The translations under genes and the position numbers were made by a program. From assembly GCF_009914755.1 (NCBI RefSeq), contig NC_060926.1: DNA of 64,000 nt, one strand, 5' to 3'. Origin of the DNA: the human T2T-CHM13v2.0 reference genome, Homo sapiens. This document shows positions 63,300 through 64,000 of the stretch, piece by piece; the first letter of the stretch is position 1; every line of letters begins with the position of its first letter. The notes under the pieces were generated by a model. It was not told the origin of the DNA, did not search any database, and was given only the letters and a program-made list of their open reading frames with translations.

Positions 63300-64000
63300 T
63301 TCATTCAATAAATATTTGTTGAGTACCTGTGATGTGCTAAGCAGTGTCCTAGGCACAAATTTCCTGTTCACATGGAGTTTATATTCTGTCAGGGAGTCAG
63401 ATAATGAACCTGAGAATAAATAGATCAATACGAATTTTAAGTAGTAAAATGAAACAGAGTAATGAGGTAGAGAGTGAGTTGGGTCATTGAGAAAGGCTTT
63501 TCTGAGGAAGCGATCCTCCAGGGAAGCCTGAATGATGAAACAGAGGCCATGATGTCAAGTGCAAAGGCCCTGAGACAGAAATAAGTTTGGTGCACTCAAA
63601 AAACCAAAAGAAAGCCTGGGTAGCTAGCACATGGGAGTGAGAGAGTGAGCTGTGAGCTGAGATAGCTGGGAACCAGATGAAGCTCTTGTAGGCCAAGGAA
63701 AGAAATTGGGGATCAATTGTCCTTGTAGAAAGATGCTATTCAAGGGTATCAAAAATCAGATTGGCTGCCTTAAGAAGAAGGAACAAGGGGCAAAAGTAGA
63801 AGTAGGGAGACCAATGAACACCATTGCAGTAGCTCAGAGAAGAGATAGTGCTGGCTTAGACTAGGATTAGTGGCAGTGGCAATGGTGAGAAGTGGCAGAA
63901 TCATATCTTTCATAGGTAAAGCCAGCATAGGATTTGAGGGAAAGAGGAGTAACTCCTAGGTTTAGGCCAAGCATCTGGATGGATGATGGTGCCATTTACT
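63300..64000 (-). mobile_element. L2 3' region
   Basis: 'tcattcaataaatatttgttgagtacct...gtgcaaaggccctgagacagaa...gatggtgccatttact'. Confidence 0.8.

Overview
Repeat-rich primate (very probably human, because an AluYb8/9-type element is present) intronic or intergenic DNA. No host-gene coding exon can be identified with confidence. Two + strand L1PA elements dominate the window. (1) 1810-7434 is an L1PA5-like element with disrupted ORFs. Its 5'UTR lacks a 525-nt segment exactly between the L1 GT donor and AG acceptor, so it looks like a spliced integrated retrotransposed element (SpIRE). It still carries the ~129-bp ZNF93-target segment and is nested in an ancient L1M. (2) 44296-50358 is a full-length L1PA2-like element with intact ORF1 (338 aa), intact ORF2 (1275 aa), a C-terminally extended antisense ORF0, a 16-bp TSD and a two-part poly(A) tail. 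The rest consists of Alus (including a near-pristine AluYb9-like and an internally deleted AluY), MaLR/ERVL solo LTRs, DNA-transposon MITEs, MIR/L2/L3 relics, microsatellites, and unique stretches with candidate minus-strand splice and promoter signals (notably a 19-nt microexon candidate at 22451-22469). Subfamily calls come from recalled consensus diagnostics, not alignments, and boundaries of old repeats are approximate. I see no evidence of a wholly new biological system. The best leads are L1 biology and a speculative link between the L1 antisense promoter and the microexon.
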